Positions 25,800-38,998 of a stretch of 64,000 bases of DNA are shown here, piece after piece (the stretch's first letter is position 1; every line of letters begins with the position of its first letter). The stretch covers positions 70,368,967 through 70,432,966 of the forward strand of contig NC_068990.1 in the NCBI RefSeq assembly GCF_001194135.2. Direction: 5' to 3'. The DNA comes from Octopus bimaculoides. Taxonomy: Eukaryota. The translations under genes were made by a program, and so were the position numbers. The notes beneath the pieces are model-generated. The model had not been told where the DNA came from. It saw only the letters and a list, made by a program, of their open reading frames with translations, and did no database searches.

Positions 25800-26260
25800 G
25801 AGTCTACAGTTTATTTGTTAAGTTGTTGGGCAGTGCCCTACATATAGTTCCCCCAACAAAATTGTTGACTGTCATTGGAACTGGGAAGGCACTTTAACCA
25901 CCCTGCCCATGCATGTAGTCACTTGGTTGTTTGGTGACTGTTCATACTCAAGGGTTAGTGTGATTTGCCTAGGGCAGCCCTTGTTTGGTGATTGAGCTAC
26001 TTGGATAGGACTGTCAGTATCGAAATGAGCCAGTTTCAATCTATCTATGGAAACCGTGTCTTGTCATCTGTCAATCAGGAGTTGGAACAATTTGTCTCCT
26101 AGACATATCACTTCATATGGGCCATCATAGGGTGGCTGGAGGGGTTCTGTCATGTGTCATGTCAAACAAACACGAACTTCGCCTTGCAGAGGTCACTTGG
26201 TATGGATGATTTAGGTGTACCATGTATTGATATGGGAATAGGACATAACTGGTCCACACC
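25800..26260 (-). mobile_element. Gypsy LTR retrotransposon remnant: integrase GPY/F tail, PPT and LTR start
   Basis: Minus strand reads SIHGTPKSSIPSDLCKAKFVFV*HD...PLQPPYDGPYEVICLGDKLFQLLIDR*QDTVSIDRLKLAH. It is followed by TTGGGGGAAC (PPT) and TGTAGGG at 25842. Confidence 0.75.
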
Positions 26261-26659
26261 ACTTATAGCTTAATTAAGCTATACACAATAAAACCAACAG
26301 AGAACAAGAGTATGTTGATGTAGAATTTATTTTGCTACATTTGGTTATACAACATTAGGGTGAAAGCAATCAACTGACTGGTGCTTCAAAGAAGTCCTGG
26401 ATCACTGGAAGTTCCTTCACTGCAGACAAACTCACTAGCTAACCTACAGTGAAGTTCCTGTCTACAGTTTGTCTGTTATAAGTCCTTGGGTAGTGTCCTA
26501 CAGTCCCATGATTACTGGTGAAACTAGACCAGTGATGATAGAATGGATATGTGGTGTCTTACGCTGTGTTCTATGCAAATTACAATAGATTGATAATGTT
26601 TTAATTTATTATAGACAGGTCACAGTGTCTATAATAGGATTAAGACAGTTTCTGATGCT

Positions 26660-26950
26660 ATTAACATCCTCTGTTATACTATTATCAACAGCTTCTGCTC
26701 TGACCTACTCCATTATCAACTTCTGTTCTATCTGTACTATTATCAATCTCTGTTATAAACTGCACTATTATCACCTTGTACTCTAACTTACATTATTATT
26801 AAACTCTGCTCTAACCTATACCATTATCAATCTCTACTATAATTGTACTTAATATCAACCTCTGCTCTAACCCATACATATTATAGACAATCTTTGTTCT
26901 TACCTCCACCACTATAAACCTTTGCTCCAACCAACATTGTTACAGTCTAC
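26660..26950. repeat. 28-bp degenerate minisatellite, about 10 copies
   Basis: attatcaacctctgctctaacctatact-like unit starting near 26712, 26739, 26767, 26795, 26823, 26851 and 26880. Confidence 0.8.
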
Positions 26951-28509
26951 TGCTATTTTAGACTGTTCTATTGATTAGTACTACTTTAACACCTTCTTTT
27001 GCAGATTGCTGCTTCAACATAGACTATTAAAAATCCTTTAATCTTTTCTACTAAAAGCTGGTGCTTTGATCTCTCCACCACTGTGAACAGTGATTTTTCA
27101 TTGTTGCATTTATACTTCACCATCACAATAATCATTACTATTGCATTGCTACCATTTTCTCTCTCTTCATCACCACCATCATATTCATCACTAGTTTTTG
27201 TGTATTTGTCTTTCTCTGCTGGCACAGGTGGAATTGTTAGCAACTAGACCACGTCAAACCTAACCACAAAGGATTCTCTAGGAATCCTTTCATCTTTTAC
27301 CTAAATAAACTCTATTTCACTAATTATTGATTTTTTTTTTCAGAAAAATTATTTGTATGACTAAACAAGGAAACTAAATCTGTTCCATTTTATGGTTTAT
27401 TCTTAGTTGCTTCTCTAATTTAAGTAAGGTCAAGATAGCATTCATAGCTCATTACTGATTTTTATTTAAGAAAAAAAGACAATCCTTTAAAGAATAACTG
27501 CTATTTAAAGAATAGCAGCAGTTTGCAGTCTTTAGGTAGAGATATAATCTTTTGTTTTTGAAATATTCGATAAAATGTAAATATTCATATTGGCTTCTGT
27601 TGTTCCAGTTTCACTGAAGCTCTCCTGACTCTGCTCATTACCCATACTGTGTCCACCATTTCCCAGTCCCTCCCCCTCTTCACCATTATACCCAATCCTT
27701 TCTTCCCACAATATTATCCCCCTGGGATTTCCTCCCTTGTAACTGTCACAAGTCACTAACTTGTAACACTTTCAATGTCCACTGTATCATCACCAATGTT
27801 ATCAGTCACAGAGAGCTAGTGAAAACTCATTCAGTGCATTTTCAACCAAACCAAACCAAACCAAATTAAAAAAAAAAAATAATAATAATAATAATAACAG
27901 TAGAAGAAAAATGGGAAGAATATGAAAAAAAATTTGAATGAATTCGTTTAGATTCTAAATTAACTTGAATAAAAGGTCCTAAATCACAATTTATTTTTCA
28001 GATTTATTTTTTATGTTTTTAATCTTATAGCAGTACCTGATTCAACATTTAGCTATGATTTGACCTTGTCTTCAACTACAACCAATCTTTTGGGGTGGGG
28101 AGTTTTCACTTTCTTTGCCTGTCAGACTCTCTCACACACACACACACTCACACTTTCACATAAATGCATGCATGCACACACACTATCACATAAACACACA
28201 CTCTATCACATAACCACAAAGCTACTGTTACCTATTCTCTCCACCTTGGAGTCAGGTCTTAAAGGTGTGGTTAAACTCTGTAATTGGTTTAACTTTGCAA
28301 TGGCGCTCCTACACTTAGTCATGACTATTCCTGTTATTCTTTTAAGTCTTTAACTATTTATAGTCTTCAGTCTCAGGTCAAACAAATATTTCCATTCACA
28401 TTTCTTTTTATTATTAATTATGAAGGCAATTAAGTAGAGGCCATCAATTAAAGTCTAACTTTAGTGACCATTATCGTTGCTGCTGCAAGAGTGGAGAGAG
28501 TCAATGATG

Positions 28510-28511
<2 letters not shown>

Positions 28512-28550
<39 letters not shown>
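28512..28550. repeat. (GA)n microsatellite
   Basis: Direct reading. Confidence 0.95.
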
Positions 28551-28557
<7 letters not shown>

Positions 28558-28789
28558 GTTGGTGCTGGCTGGATATTTTAAATATAGTTTACAGTTTAAG
28601 TGTCTTTTGTGCATCACTCTCAGCAAAATCTACAAGTGCCTTTGTTGATATTTAATTTCATTAAACAAACCTCTAATTTAAATATAATAAATACCAGTAA
28701 TATACTTTCTTCTTTTATTGGTTTCAGTCACTGGACTGCAGCCATGCTAGAGTACTGCATTCAGTGGTTTTAGTCAATTATATAAATCC

Positions 28790-29125
28790 CTTTCTTATTT
28801 CAAGCTAGTACTTCTTTTGCCAATTGATATTTTATAAAATTGAATTGATATAAAAGGATAAAAACCCCCTTCGGTCATAAATGACCATGGGATTGCACCT
28901 ACAAAGTTATCCTCTGGGGCACAAGTCTGGGCAAGGTTACTTATGAAAAACCAGCGGCCTCCCTTCTCCATGCCACCAATGTTATCCAAGGGAAAGGCAC
29001 CAGTGGCATTGCAACTTATTTCTACAGCTGAATGAACTGGAGCAACATAAAATAAAGTGTATTGCTCAAGAACACAACACAGAGCCCGATCCAGGAATTG
29101 AACTCACTACCTCATATGAACCCAA
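28790..29125 (-). mobile_element. SINE (family D-like head and core with a distinct tail)
   Basis: attgctcaagaacacaacac core and ccaggaattgaactc B-box on the minus strand; tail cccttcggtcataaatgaccatgggattgcacc. Confidence 0.65.
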
Positions 29126-29449
29126 TGTTCTAATTCAATGTTCTAACCTCTAGTAGACCTAAACACATTCTAACACAGACACAATCTCATACATATACAC
29201 ACACAATCTCACAGAAAAAACATGTGAGTTTGTGTGGATTTCTTGAGGCAGATTTTTCTGTTGCCAACCCTTATCTGTTTCCAAGTAAGGTTTATACATT
29301 TCCTCATGACCAGACATGTTTTCACAGAAGATTGGAAACAAATGGCAATGTTTATGTGAGTGACAATGACACCTGTTTATATTGATCACATGCCAAGAGT
29401 AGGAGGCACACACATAATATAACATTATGTGTGTGTCTATGTGTGAAGG

Positions 29450-29740
29450 CATGTTGCTTAGTAGTTCAGGTATTGCACTCATGATCACAATATTGTGGTT
29501 TTGATTCCCTGACCAGAGAGTGCATTGTGTTTTTGGGCAGAACGCTTCATTTCACATTGCCACCAGTCCACTCAGTTGTAAAAAGACTGCATTGGACTGG
29601 CTTTCCTTTCAAGGGGAATATGTTGGCCTGCCTACCAGTCAGTGGGATGACATTATTTGAAAGCTGCAACAATGTGATGAAGTGCATAGTGATCAAAGGT
29701 GTGTAACAACATCCAATAGTCTATAGTAATACGGTGACAC
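29450..29740 (+). mobile_element. SINE family D-like copy; a related copy at about 61570-61850
   Basis: gcttagtagttcaggtattgcactcatgatcac...gtggttttgattccc...gcattgtgtttttgggcag...ccagtccactcag. Confidence 0.6.
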
Positions 29741-29764
29741 ACAGACACATATATATATATATAT

Positions 29765-29957
29765 ATCTTGTTTCAGTTATTAGACAGTGGTAACCATGTT
29801 GGTGAACCACCTTGAAGAATTTTTAATCTAATAAAGTGACCCCAGTACTTATTTTTTTAAGCCTGATACTTATTCTATCAATCTTTTTTTCCCAAACTGC
29901 TAAGTTACTGGGATGTAAACACACCAACACCAGTTGTTAGGCAGTGGTGGGGACAAA

Positions 29958-29988
<31 letters not shown>
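29765..29988 (-). mobile_element. SINE family A tail half; the head half lies at about 32672-32815
   Basis: cttgtttcagttatt...actgctaagttactgggatgtaaacacaccaacaccagttg...ggggacaaacac(CA)n. A matching degenerate head lies beyond the RTE LINE. Confidence 0.65.
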
Positions 29989-29989
<1 letters not shown>

Positions 29990-32665
29990 TCATCGTCATT
30001 TAACGTCCGCTTTCCTTGCTGTCATGGGTTGGACAGTTTGACTGAGGTCTGGAGAGCCAGCGGCTGCACCAGGCTCCAATCTGATCTGGCAATGTTTCTA
30101 CAGCTGGATGCCCTTCCTAATGCCAACCACTCTGAGAGTGTAGTGGGTGCTTTTTACATGCCACCGGTACAGGAGCTAGTTAAGTGGGCCTGGCGTTGAT
30201 CGTCTTTGGATAGTGTTTTTTATATGCCACTGGCATCAGCTATGTTCGGATGGTGTTTTTCACATGTCACGAGCACAGGATCCAATCGGGGGACACTGGC
30301 ATCAACCATGTTAGGATGATGCATTTTACAAGAGGCACTGGCCACAGCTATGATTTTGGGTTTACTTGACTCAACAGGTCTTCTTAAGCATATCATATTG
30401 CCCAACACATCGAGTATACTCTTAAATGGGCCGGATATGCAACAGTGGCATCGGCCACGACTATGATCTCACTTTAGTTGACGGGTCTTCTCAATCACAG
30501 CATATCTCCAAAGGTCTCAGTCTCCTGTCATTGCCTCAGTGAGGCCCAATGATCGCAGGTCATGCTTCACCACCTTGTCCCATGTCTTCCTGGGTCTACC
30601 TTTTCCACAGGTTCCTTCCACAGTTAGTGCGTGGCACTTCCTCACACAGCTGTCTTCATCCATACATAACACATGACCATACCAGTGCAGTCGTCTCTCT
30701 TGCACACCACATTTGATGCTTCTTATGCCCAACTTTTCTCTCAAAGCACTTACTCTGTGTTGTCTATGCACACTGACATTACACATCCAGCAGACCATAC
30801 TAGCTTCATTTCTTTCAAACCTATGTGTCCTCAGCAGCCATGGCCCATGTTTCACTACCATGTAGCATGGCTGTTCACACTTGTGCATCATACAGTCTAC
30901 CTTTCCTCCTGAATGAGAGGCTCTCAGTTGCCAGCAGAGGTAGGCGCTCCCTGAACTTTGCCCAGGCTATTCTTATTCTAGTAGCTACACTCTCAGAGTA
31001 ACTAGCTCCACTACAGACTTGGTTGCCTAGCTATTAACTACTTCTAGTTTTTCTTCCTGGCGTGTGATGGAATCTGTTTTCTGTACATCTTCAGTGTTTA
31101 TTGCTCCTGTGCATTTGTCACACACAAATATTATCTTCCTGGTTAACCTTCCTTTGATATTGCTGCACCTCTTATGTGTCCATAGCTTACACTGGGTACA
31201 TTGTATAGAGTTTCATAAATCAGGTAGTCTTTTCTACAGATCGAGCAGGACCATCTACTTGAAGAAGTTTGTGATTCATCAGCCTTCTTACTTACTAAGA
31301 TTTCGGTTTGTGCTAGGTTAACCCTAAGACTCTTTGATTCAAGACCTTGCTTCCACACTCTAAACTTCATCTCTAGTTCTGGCAGTGACTGGGCTATTAG
31401 AACAAGGTCATCAGCATAGAGGAGCTCCCAGGGGTAGTCTGTCTTGAATTCCTCTGATATTACCTAGAGGACTATAATGAATAAGTGGGGGCTGAAGACT
31501 GATACTTGGTGAACCTCTACTTCTACCTGGAATTCTTCACTATACTTGTCAACCCTCACCTTACTGACAGCATCCCTGTACAGAGCTTGTTTAGCTCTTA
31601 CCAACCTCTCATCTATCCCCAGTTTCCACATTGACCACCAGATAAGGGATTGGGGGACCCTGTCAAAGGCTTTCTCCAAGTCAACAAAAGCCAAGTACAG
31701 AGGTTTATCTTTGGCTAGATATTTCTCCTGCAATTGCCTTACCAGAAATATAGCATCAATGGTGCTTCTACCTGGTACAAACCCAAACTGCATTTCCTCT
31801 AGGCTAACTCTCTCTCTAATTAGTCGGGCTATGACCCTCTCTGTAATTTTCATCACCTGGTCCTATAATTTGATACCCTTGTAGTTATTTCTGTCTACCT
31901 TTGTAGCAGTTGACTATGGTGCTGCTACACCAGTCATTGGGTATGACTTCTTTATGAACTACCTGATTTATGATGCGGGTGACATGACCATAACCCACAT
32001 CGCCCAATATTTTAAGCATCCCAGCAGTGATTCTTGATGTTCCAAGTGCTTTCCCTGTCTTCATATCCTTAATTGCTTTATTTACCTAGGTACAGACAAT
32101 TCAGATAGCTGATCCCTTAATTGGGTCAACTTTTGGCAGACACTCCTCCTCCCATTCATTCTCCACATTCAGCAGTTTTTCATAATGGCATCTCCAAGCC
32201 TCTTTCTTTGCAGAATCATTAAACGTAAGGGCACCGTCACCCATGCGGACACATTTCTCTCCTATGACATCATGGTTTTCTCTCACACACTGTCTTGCAA
32301 TCTGAAATACTTCAGTTCTTTGGTCCTCATGTTGTTGAACATTGGCAAACTTTTTCTTTTCTGCTACTCCCTTGGCTATACTTACCTGTCTCCTTGCTTC
32401 CCTTTTGACTATCTGATACAGTCTCCTGCTACCCAACTCTTCCAGGCCTGTTTCTTTGCTCTAATGGCCCTGTCTACAGTATTGTTCTGCCACCATGTTA
32501 CCCTAGGTCTGGAAGGGACTTTGCACCACCCACAAATTTAGTCTGTGGTGCTCAGTAAGCTGTCTTGCAGGAACCCAGCTGCCTTCTGTATCACAGGACT
32601 GTAGCTCTTCCTCCCTATCATCAAATTTCTTGGTAAATATATCCCTAAATCTCTGACAAAGAGGT
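29989..32665 (-). mobile_element. RTE-clade LINE, 5'-truncated, with a disrupted RT
   Basis: ORFs include EMQFGFVPGRSTIDAIFLVRQLQEKYLAKDKPLYLAFVDLEKAFDRVP (RT) and RRLHWYGHVLCMDEDSCVRKC...GKGRPRKTW (RTE C-terminus). The element ends in a GAT-type tail; multiple stops and frameshifts. Confidence 0.93.
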
Positions 32666-33164
32666 TTCTGCAAAGTTTCTTTCTTCTACCAAAATTTTAT
32701 CCTCAATATTATTCAACCCATGGCTATGAAAGACAAAACTTGCTCATTGCTTAAGATAGTGGGATCAAACATCCAAAGCCCTATTGTTGGGAATCTAACA
32801 TGTTAACCACATGACTAGATCTGCACCGCTCTCCTTTCCTGTTAACAATTAGTATTTTTCCTGGTGTAAAGAAATCTTTATTATTGATAGCTTTGAATTT
32901 TTCCCTGTTTAACAGGAAACATTTTCCATCCCAACTTCACACATGAATGATTAACAGTTAAAGAAGGAAGAGGAGCATTCATCTGTAAAATCAGTTGCTC
33001 TAAGAAAACGTATGAGAAACAGGTCACAGACCCTACCTTTTCTCTTTTCACAAAAACTAAAAACAGCAATGGAGAAAAAATTATAGGATGAGAAAAAATT
33101 TAGTGATTATTTGATATCAATTTTTAGACAGAATGTTTTTACTTATTGTAGTAATAATTTTAGT

Positions 33165-33325
33165 CCATTTTCACATTCTAAGTTCAAATTCCACTGGGGT
33201 CAACTTTGCCTTTAATTCTTTTGGGGTTGATAAAATAAGTACCGTTGAACACTGGGGTTGGTATAGTTGACTTACCCCCTCCCCAGAAATTGCTGGCTTT
33301 CTGCCAAAATTTGAAATCAGTAATT
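33165..33325 (+). mobile_element. SINE family C, 5'-truncated
   Basis: attctaagttcaaattccactggggtcaactttgcc...aataagtacc...aaattgctggc. Confidence 0.75.
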
Positions 33326-33984
33326 TTAGAAAACACATAAACACTACAATTTCCAATGTATTATCATTTATGTATTGGAAACATGTTCCACTACATCCTC
33401 CAGCTAGCAAGCCAATAAGGAGCGCCTTCAGTATCACTTGAGTTGCCTAAAATTGCAGCCAAATTTCCCTCAAACCACATTCTAATTGAAAAAAAAAAAT
33501 GAAAAGAACAGGTGCTTAAAAAAATACAAGATTGTCAGCCTTTGATATCAACAAATACAAGATGATCACAGTGTTGCTACCTTTGATGTCAGTAAATATT
33601 TGTTTGATGAAAATTATTTGGAAAATGTTCTTGCCTATGGGGCTCTATCTTCTCACATCTCTTAAATAGGAAATTTCTTTTCAGATTTCTCCCTCACAGC
33701 ATGTTGGCCTGCTTCTATCTGATCCACATTTTACTTACTCTAAAATTTTGAAAATTCAATAATTACTTCTCTAATTGACTGCCTTCCAGAATTGTAATCG
33801 TGCACATACATACACTCCTCTGCATAGATGGTACCAGTCTTCATTCTGTTTTATCCTTGGTTACTAACATTCATTAGTAACCAAGACACTATACCTAACG
33901 TAGGCTACTTCCCTGGAAACATCCTCTATCTCTAAAACAACAAACTAATCTCATTCATTAATTTTAAAAAAATAGTTGTTAAGT

Positions 33985-34412
33985 CATCATCATCATCATC
34001 ATCATTTGAAATCCACTTTTCCATGCTTGCATGGATCAGTTGGAATTTGCTGAGACAGATTTTCTGTCTACATCTCCTTCCTATCACCAACCCTCACCTG
34101 TTTCCAAGTGAGGTGATATTTCCCCATGGCAAGACATGTTTTTTACAGAGGAACATTGTTTGTATGATGGTGGCACCCATTTACAACCATCACATGATGT
34201 CAATACAAGGGCACCCCCACCCCCACACACATGCATGCATGCACACACTTTCACACACACACACACACACACACAATGGGCTTCTTTCAGCTCCTGTCTA
34301 CTAAATCAAGGCTTTGGTCAGCTCAAGGCTGTAGTAGAAGACACTTAGCCAAAGTGCTGCATGATGGGATGGAACCTGAGACCACTTAGAAAGCAAGCTT
34401 CTCAACCACACA
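33985..34412 (-). mobile_element. SINE family A head with an RTE-type tail
   Basis: (CAT)n plus ttttccatgcttgcatgga tail, (CA)n, then family A head (ggctgtagtagaagacact...aagcaagcttctcaaccacacagtca). Confidence 0.8.
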
Positions 34413-34450
34413 GTCACAATTTTATATATATATATATATGTGTGTGTGTT

Positions 34451-34481
<31 letters not shown>

Positions 34482-34734
34482 TTGTGTGTGTGTGCACAAA
34501 TAGATGTATGACTGCTATTGTTATGCTTAGAGTTCCTCATAGATTATTATAATTCACTCTTCTTCCTCTTAGTTAAGTAACTTCTATACTGGATGGTATT
34601 GCTACTTATGAACTACAAAGCAAATGTAGGAGAAATAAGGATAAACACAAGTTTATATTAAAGTTCTTATGTGTGTTTCACCATTATGGTTGCTTGGAGC
34701 CTTGTAATAGGTGTTCCAAACAACCATTATAAAT

Positions 34735-37700
34735 ATATATAGTGTGCGTGTTGATCGAAAATGGATTTTATTCTTCTTGCGAACATCAATTCTGCAGGAG
34801 ACTTACCTGAATTTGTACTTGGATTGGGGATCACTCCATATATTCTTAAGAAATTTGTCAGTGCTTCGTCGTTACTTAAATTCATTCCTCACTTTTCTTA
34901 TCACTCTCTTAAAGGTTCCACAAATCTTTCTACCTGTCCATTTGTCTTTAGGCGGTAGGGTGGAGTGAGAATATGCTTTATTGCATACCTTTTACAGAAG
35001 TTTTTGAATTCATACCCAGAGAACTGTGTTCCGTTGTCTGAAACCAGTGTGTCAGGAACACCATATCGTGCAAACAATTCATATAAGAACTTTATAATTG
35101 TCTTAAAGGTTGGTCTATAGCACTGGCAAACCTGTGGCCACTTAGTATAGCCATCCACTACGATTAGGTAGTAAGCGCTGTTCACAGGTCTGGCATAGTC
35201 AATGTGCAATGTAGACCATGGGTTCTCCACTGCTAGTCACAATTAATATTTTACTGGCAGGGCTTTGACTGCGAGCACGCAACCTTGGCACGTTCTCGCC
35301 AAGTTTTTCATATCTTGACCCATAGACAGCCAATAGACATCCTTCCTGGATGTCCACTGTGAAATTGTTGCAATACACCTTTATGAACTGTCGTTGGGCA
35401 TACATTAGAATAGTGTTGCAAATTGAAAAACTACTGGCATCTGAATTTTTATTCTGTTTATTTTTTAAAGCTTCTTTTATTTTCATAATATACTCATCAC
35501 CTACAGCTTTCATTCTTATATCCTATGCTATCATTAGTAGTTCTTCGATAACGTTCATCATAATACTTTTAATTTCACTTTCTGCCTGCAGTGCAGCTAT
35601 AACAGTCTCTTCTAGGTGGTTCCATATTTTTTGGAATTAATCTCAAAAGGCAGTCCACTTGGCCAATTTTTTTTCAATGGAATGTATTGCATTTTGAAAT
35701 TATAAGTTAGTAATATTACACTCCAATGTTGATGGTGGTTCGCAGTATGAGTTGGTAACCCTTTTTTAGACCCATAAATTGATGGTTTGTTTGTTATAAA
35801 ATCTTATGCCATGCAGGAACTTGTGAAATTTTTTAACTGCAAAAATAATTGCTAGGGTTCTCCTTTTCAATTTGACTATATCTCTACTCTACCACTATTA
35901 GCGAATGTGAAACATGAACCACTGGTTTTGTACGTCCATCTTCATATTTATGAAGTAGAACTGCACCTAATCCATGCTCGGAAGCATCAGATGCTACAAT
36001 GATGTCCATTTCAGGATTGTAATGTGCTAACAACAAGTCTGAGATGAGAATTTTTTTTATTTCTTCCACTTTATTCCTTTTTTTAATAAGTTGTTCAATG
36101 GAGCTCTTAACTTGTGCATATTAGGAATGTAGTTTTGATAATAGTTTGCCAACACAAAAAATGCTTGTAAAGTTGGAATATTTGTTGGTGCAAGCATATT
36201 TCTTATTGCATTTGCCCTTTACAGGTCAGGATGTCTACCACTTTTATCACTTATTAATTAGGGGTAGAAAGATTTTGCATTTTTCTTCACTCGAAGTGAA
36301 CCCCAAAACATTAATTTTCCTAAACACAGCTTTTAGGTGTTCCAAATGCTGTTCATGAGAATTACTCTTGATTAAAATATCGTCCAAGTACAGGATTGCA
36401 AATTCACAATTAGATAACACAGTATCCATGGTTTGCTGGAATATTGCTGGTGCCACTTTAAAACCAGAAGGTAATCATGTGTACCTGTACAATCCTCTGT
36501 GTGTACTTATTGTCAAATACTTTGAGCATTTTTCATTTACTTTTATCTGTAAATAGGCTTCAGACAGATCTAATTTGGAAAAACTTTTCCCACCATTTAA
36601 CTTTGTAAAAACATCCTCTGCAGTCAGAAGTGGATGGTGGTATGTTTTTAAGCAGTTGTTCAATCCTGTAGTGAAATTGGCACACAACCTAATCTTTTTT
36701 TTTTAATACATACTATAGGTGCCACCCACTTTGAGTAATCCACCTTTTTGATGACTTCACTCTTTTTGAGTCTGTCCAACTCTTCATCTACAGTTTCAAT
36801 TGCCGTGAATGGTACTTTTCTGCTTGCTTTAAATACAGGTACAGCATTTTCACTTACTTGGAAATAGGCTTCCATCATTCTACATAGACCTAAATCCTCT
36901 GATAACACTTGTGAGAATATTTTTTTCAATTTTCTCTTCAGTTCCTCTGAAGACTTGTTTATTATGGGACTACCATTTATGTTATTGCAGTAAAGATTTA
37001 TGGGGAAGTGCCATAAATCGAATAGTTCAAACCAATCTGTGCCAAACAGATTGAATGTATTATCCACAACAAATATTTTGCTTTGCACGTCTCTCCCCGA
37101 AATGTTTTGCCCATGAAATGTAATTTACCGCCTGTTACACCACACACTATTTTTGCTGTTTTACATGAACTTGGTTTACCAATTTTTTCCAAGTGAAAAC
37201 ACCTTAGAACTTTTTGCGTTTGAGTCTCGTAGTCTTGTTCTACAATGAGAACTTCTGTGTCCCAGCTTCTGACAACTATAGCACTTTTTGTTTTTAAACA
37301 GACAATCCTTTTTGTAGTGTAGGCTTCCACAACCATAACATGGATTGGGGCCTGACACTTTTTTTGATTGTGCTTCATGGGACAACACATTAGAGTTTTT
37401 GCAGAGTCTTTATCCTGTATTGTTTTCACATCGTGTTTAAGATTTACCATAGTGTGACATCCTTCTACTATGGTCTGTAGAGATAAATCCAGGTTCACTT
37501 GCTCCATTTTCAAGAGAATCCTTGCCCGAATTTCTCTAGCTTCAGGTGCTATAAGTCCTTGCATGAAGATAAATGATTTGTACATATCCTGAGTGAGATC
37601 CTAGAGTTTGAAATTTTTGCACATATGGTTGACTACTCCATCGTAGGTGATAAAATCATCCTCCTCATTTTTTGTTAAGTTCCAACACTCCATTCTGGTG

Positions 37701-38300
37701 TTGAATAATGAACTTCTGTCACAAAAACTTTTTGAAAGCAGTTCGACAATTTCTTGGAAACCACTCTCACTCGACTTTTTGGGAAGAATAAAGTTACAGT
37801 AATGCTCATGTTCGGCAGGAGCTACCTTGCATAGTAAAAGCCTTACTTTCTGCTCTTCTGACCTTGACTTGTAGTTGTTGTTAAAAATTTCCTCGTATCT
37901 TACGCAGGAAACGTAATATTCCCCTCTGGATTGTACATAAATTCAGAAATTGTGTTAGCCATGCCATCTGATATAAATGAGCTTACTGGATTTTTGAACT
38001 TCACCGACTGTAACTCAGTTAATTGTTGTTGTTGCAGTATTTGTTTTTGCAACTTCTGTAGGTGTTCCTGTTGCTTCTCTTGAAGCTGTACTATTGCAGC
38101 TAGTTGGTTTTCCATGATGCAGAAATTGTCAAATAACCTATGTGAGTTTTAAGCAATCCTCGTCGCTAGATGTTATCTCATTATAGATAAACAAATACAC
38201 TGCAACAGTGTAATAACAATATAATCAAAACAAATAGCAGTAACCACATGGAATGTATCTTGCTTGACTTGCTTGTTATAGTAGTCAAACCTTTGTAAAA
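34735..38300 (-). mobile_element. Gypsy LTR retrotransposon (Mag-like), decayed; 5' LTR edge, PBS, gag, RT, RNase H and integrase core; 3' end missing
   Basis: gag MENQLAAIVQLQ... and zinc knuckles CYGCGSLH / CYSCQKLGHRSSHC; RT APAIFQQTMD...ILYLDDILI; RNase H VASDASEHGLGAVLLH; integrase PWSTLHIDYA...LIVVDGYTKW...LVSDNGTQFS...NGQVERF. Many stops and frameshifts. Confidence 0.95.
38156..38168 (-). promoter_or_regulatory. Primer-binding site complementary to the tRNA-Ser(GCU) 3' end
   Basis: Minus strand LTR end ...ATAACA, TC, then TAGCGACGAGGAT. This is one mismatch from TGGCGACGAGGAT, the complement of the recalled tRNA-Ser(GCU) end ATCCTCGTCGCCA. Confidence 0.7.
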
Positions 38301-38714
38301 TCAATTTTTAAATAAAAGGAAGGACTCATTCAGAAATGTAGATGATAGGAAGGAGTGCAGGGTACATTGAAACCTGCACTTCAAAGTTTCAGCTTCTACT
38401 TTTAGAACCAGAAAATGTTTCAATGCTGAACAGCAGCTGACCTTCCATACAGCAAAGTGTGACACAGATTAGTGTTCTATTTATAGATCTGAAACATGGG
38501 AAAGCTGCTATGTATATAATATAAACAGTTTGCATCCACCCACACTTTTAGAGAAGGCTACCTGATTATTAATTAGTAATTCTTCATTCATCAAAATGCT
38601 ACAATCATTAGCCATCTGTACCCCTCCCCATGATCTGACACCATTTTCTCCTGCTCAACAATGGTTCTTACTACCCTGAGATGGGTTCCACATTGACAAT
38701 AGCTCCCTTGATAC

Positions 38715-38998
38715 ACTTAGATATTCTCTCTCTTCCCTTCTCTCCTTTCTCCCCACTCTCTTTCTTTCTTTCTTTCTCTCTTCCTTTTTCTTCTTTCTCC
38801 TCTCTCTTCTTGCCCCTCACTCCCTCTCTTTCTCCCCTTTTCTCCATGTCTCCCTCTATCCATCATCCCTTCTCTCCTTGTCTCTCTCTCCCCTTCCCTT
38901 TCCTCCCCTCTTTCCATCTCTCTCTCTCTCTCTCTCTCCTATCTTCTTCTCTCTCACTCTCTCTCTCTCCTATCTTCTCTCTCACTCTCTCTCTCTCA
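38715..38998. repeat. Polypyrimidine (CT-rich) low-complexity tract
   Basis: About 280 bp almost entirely C/T on the + strand. Confidence 0.9.
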
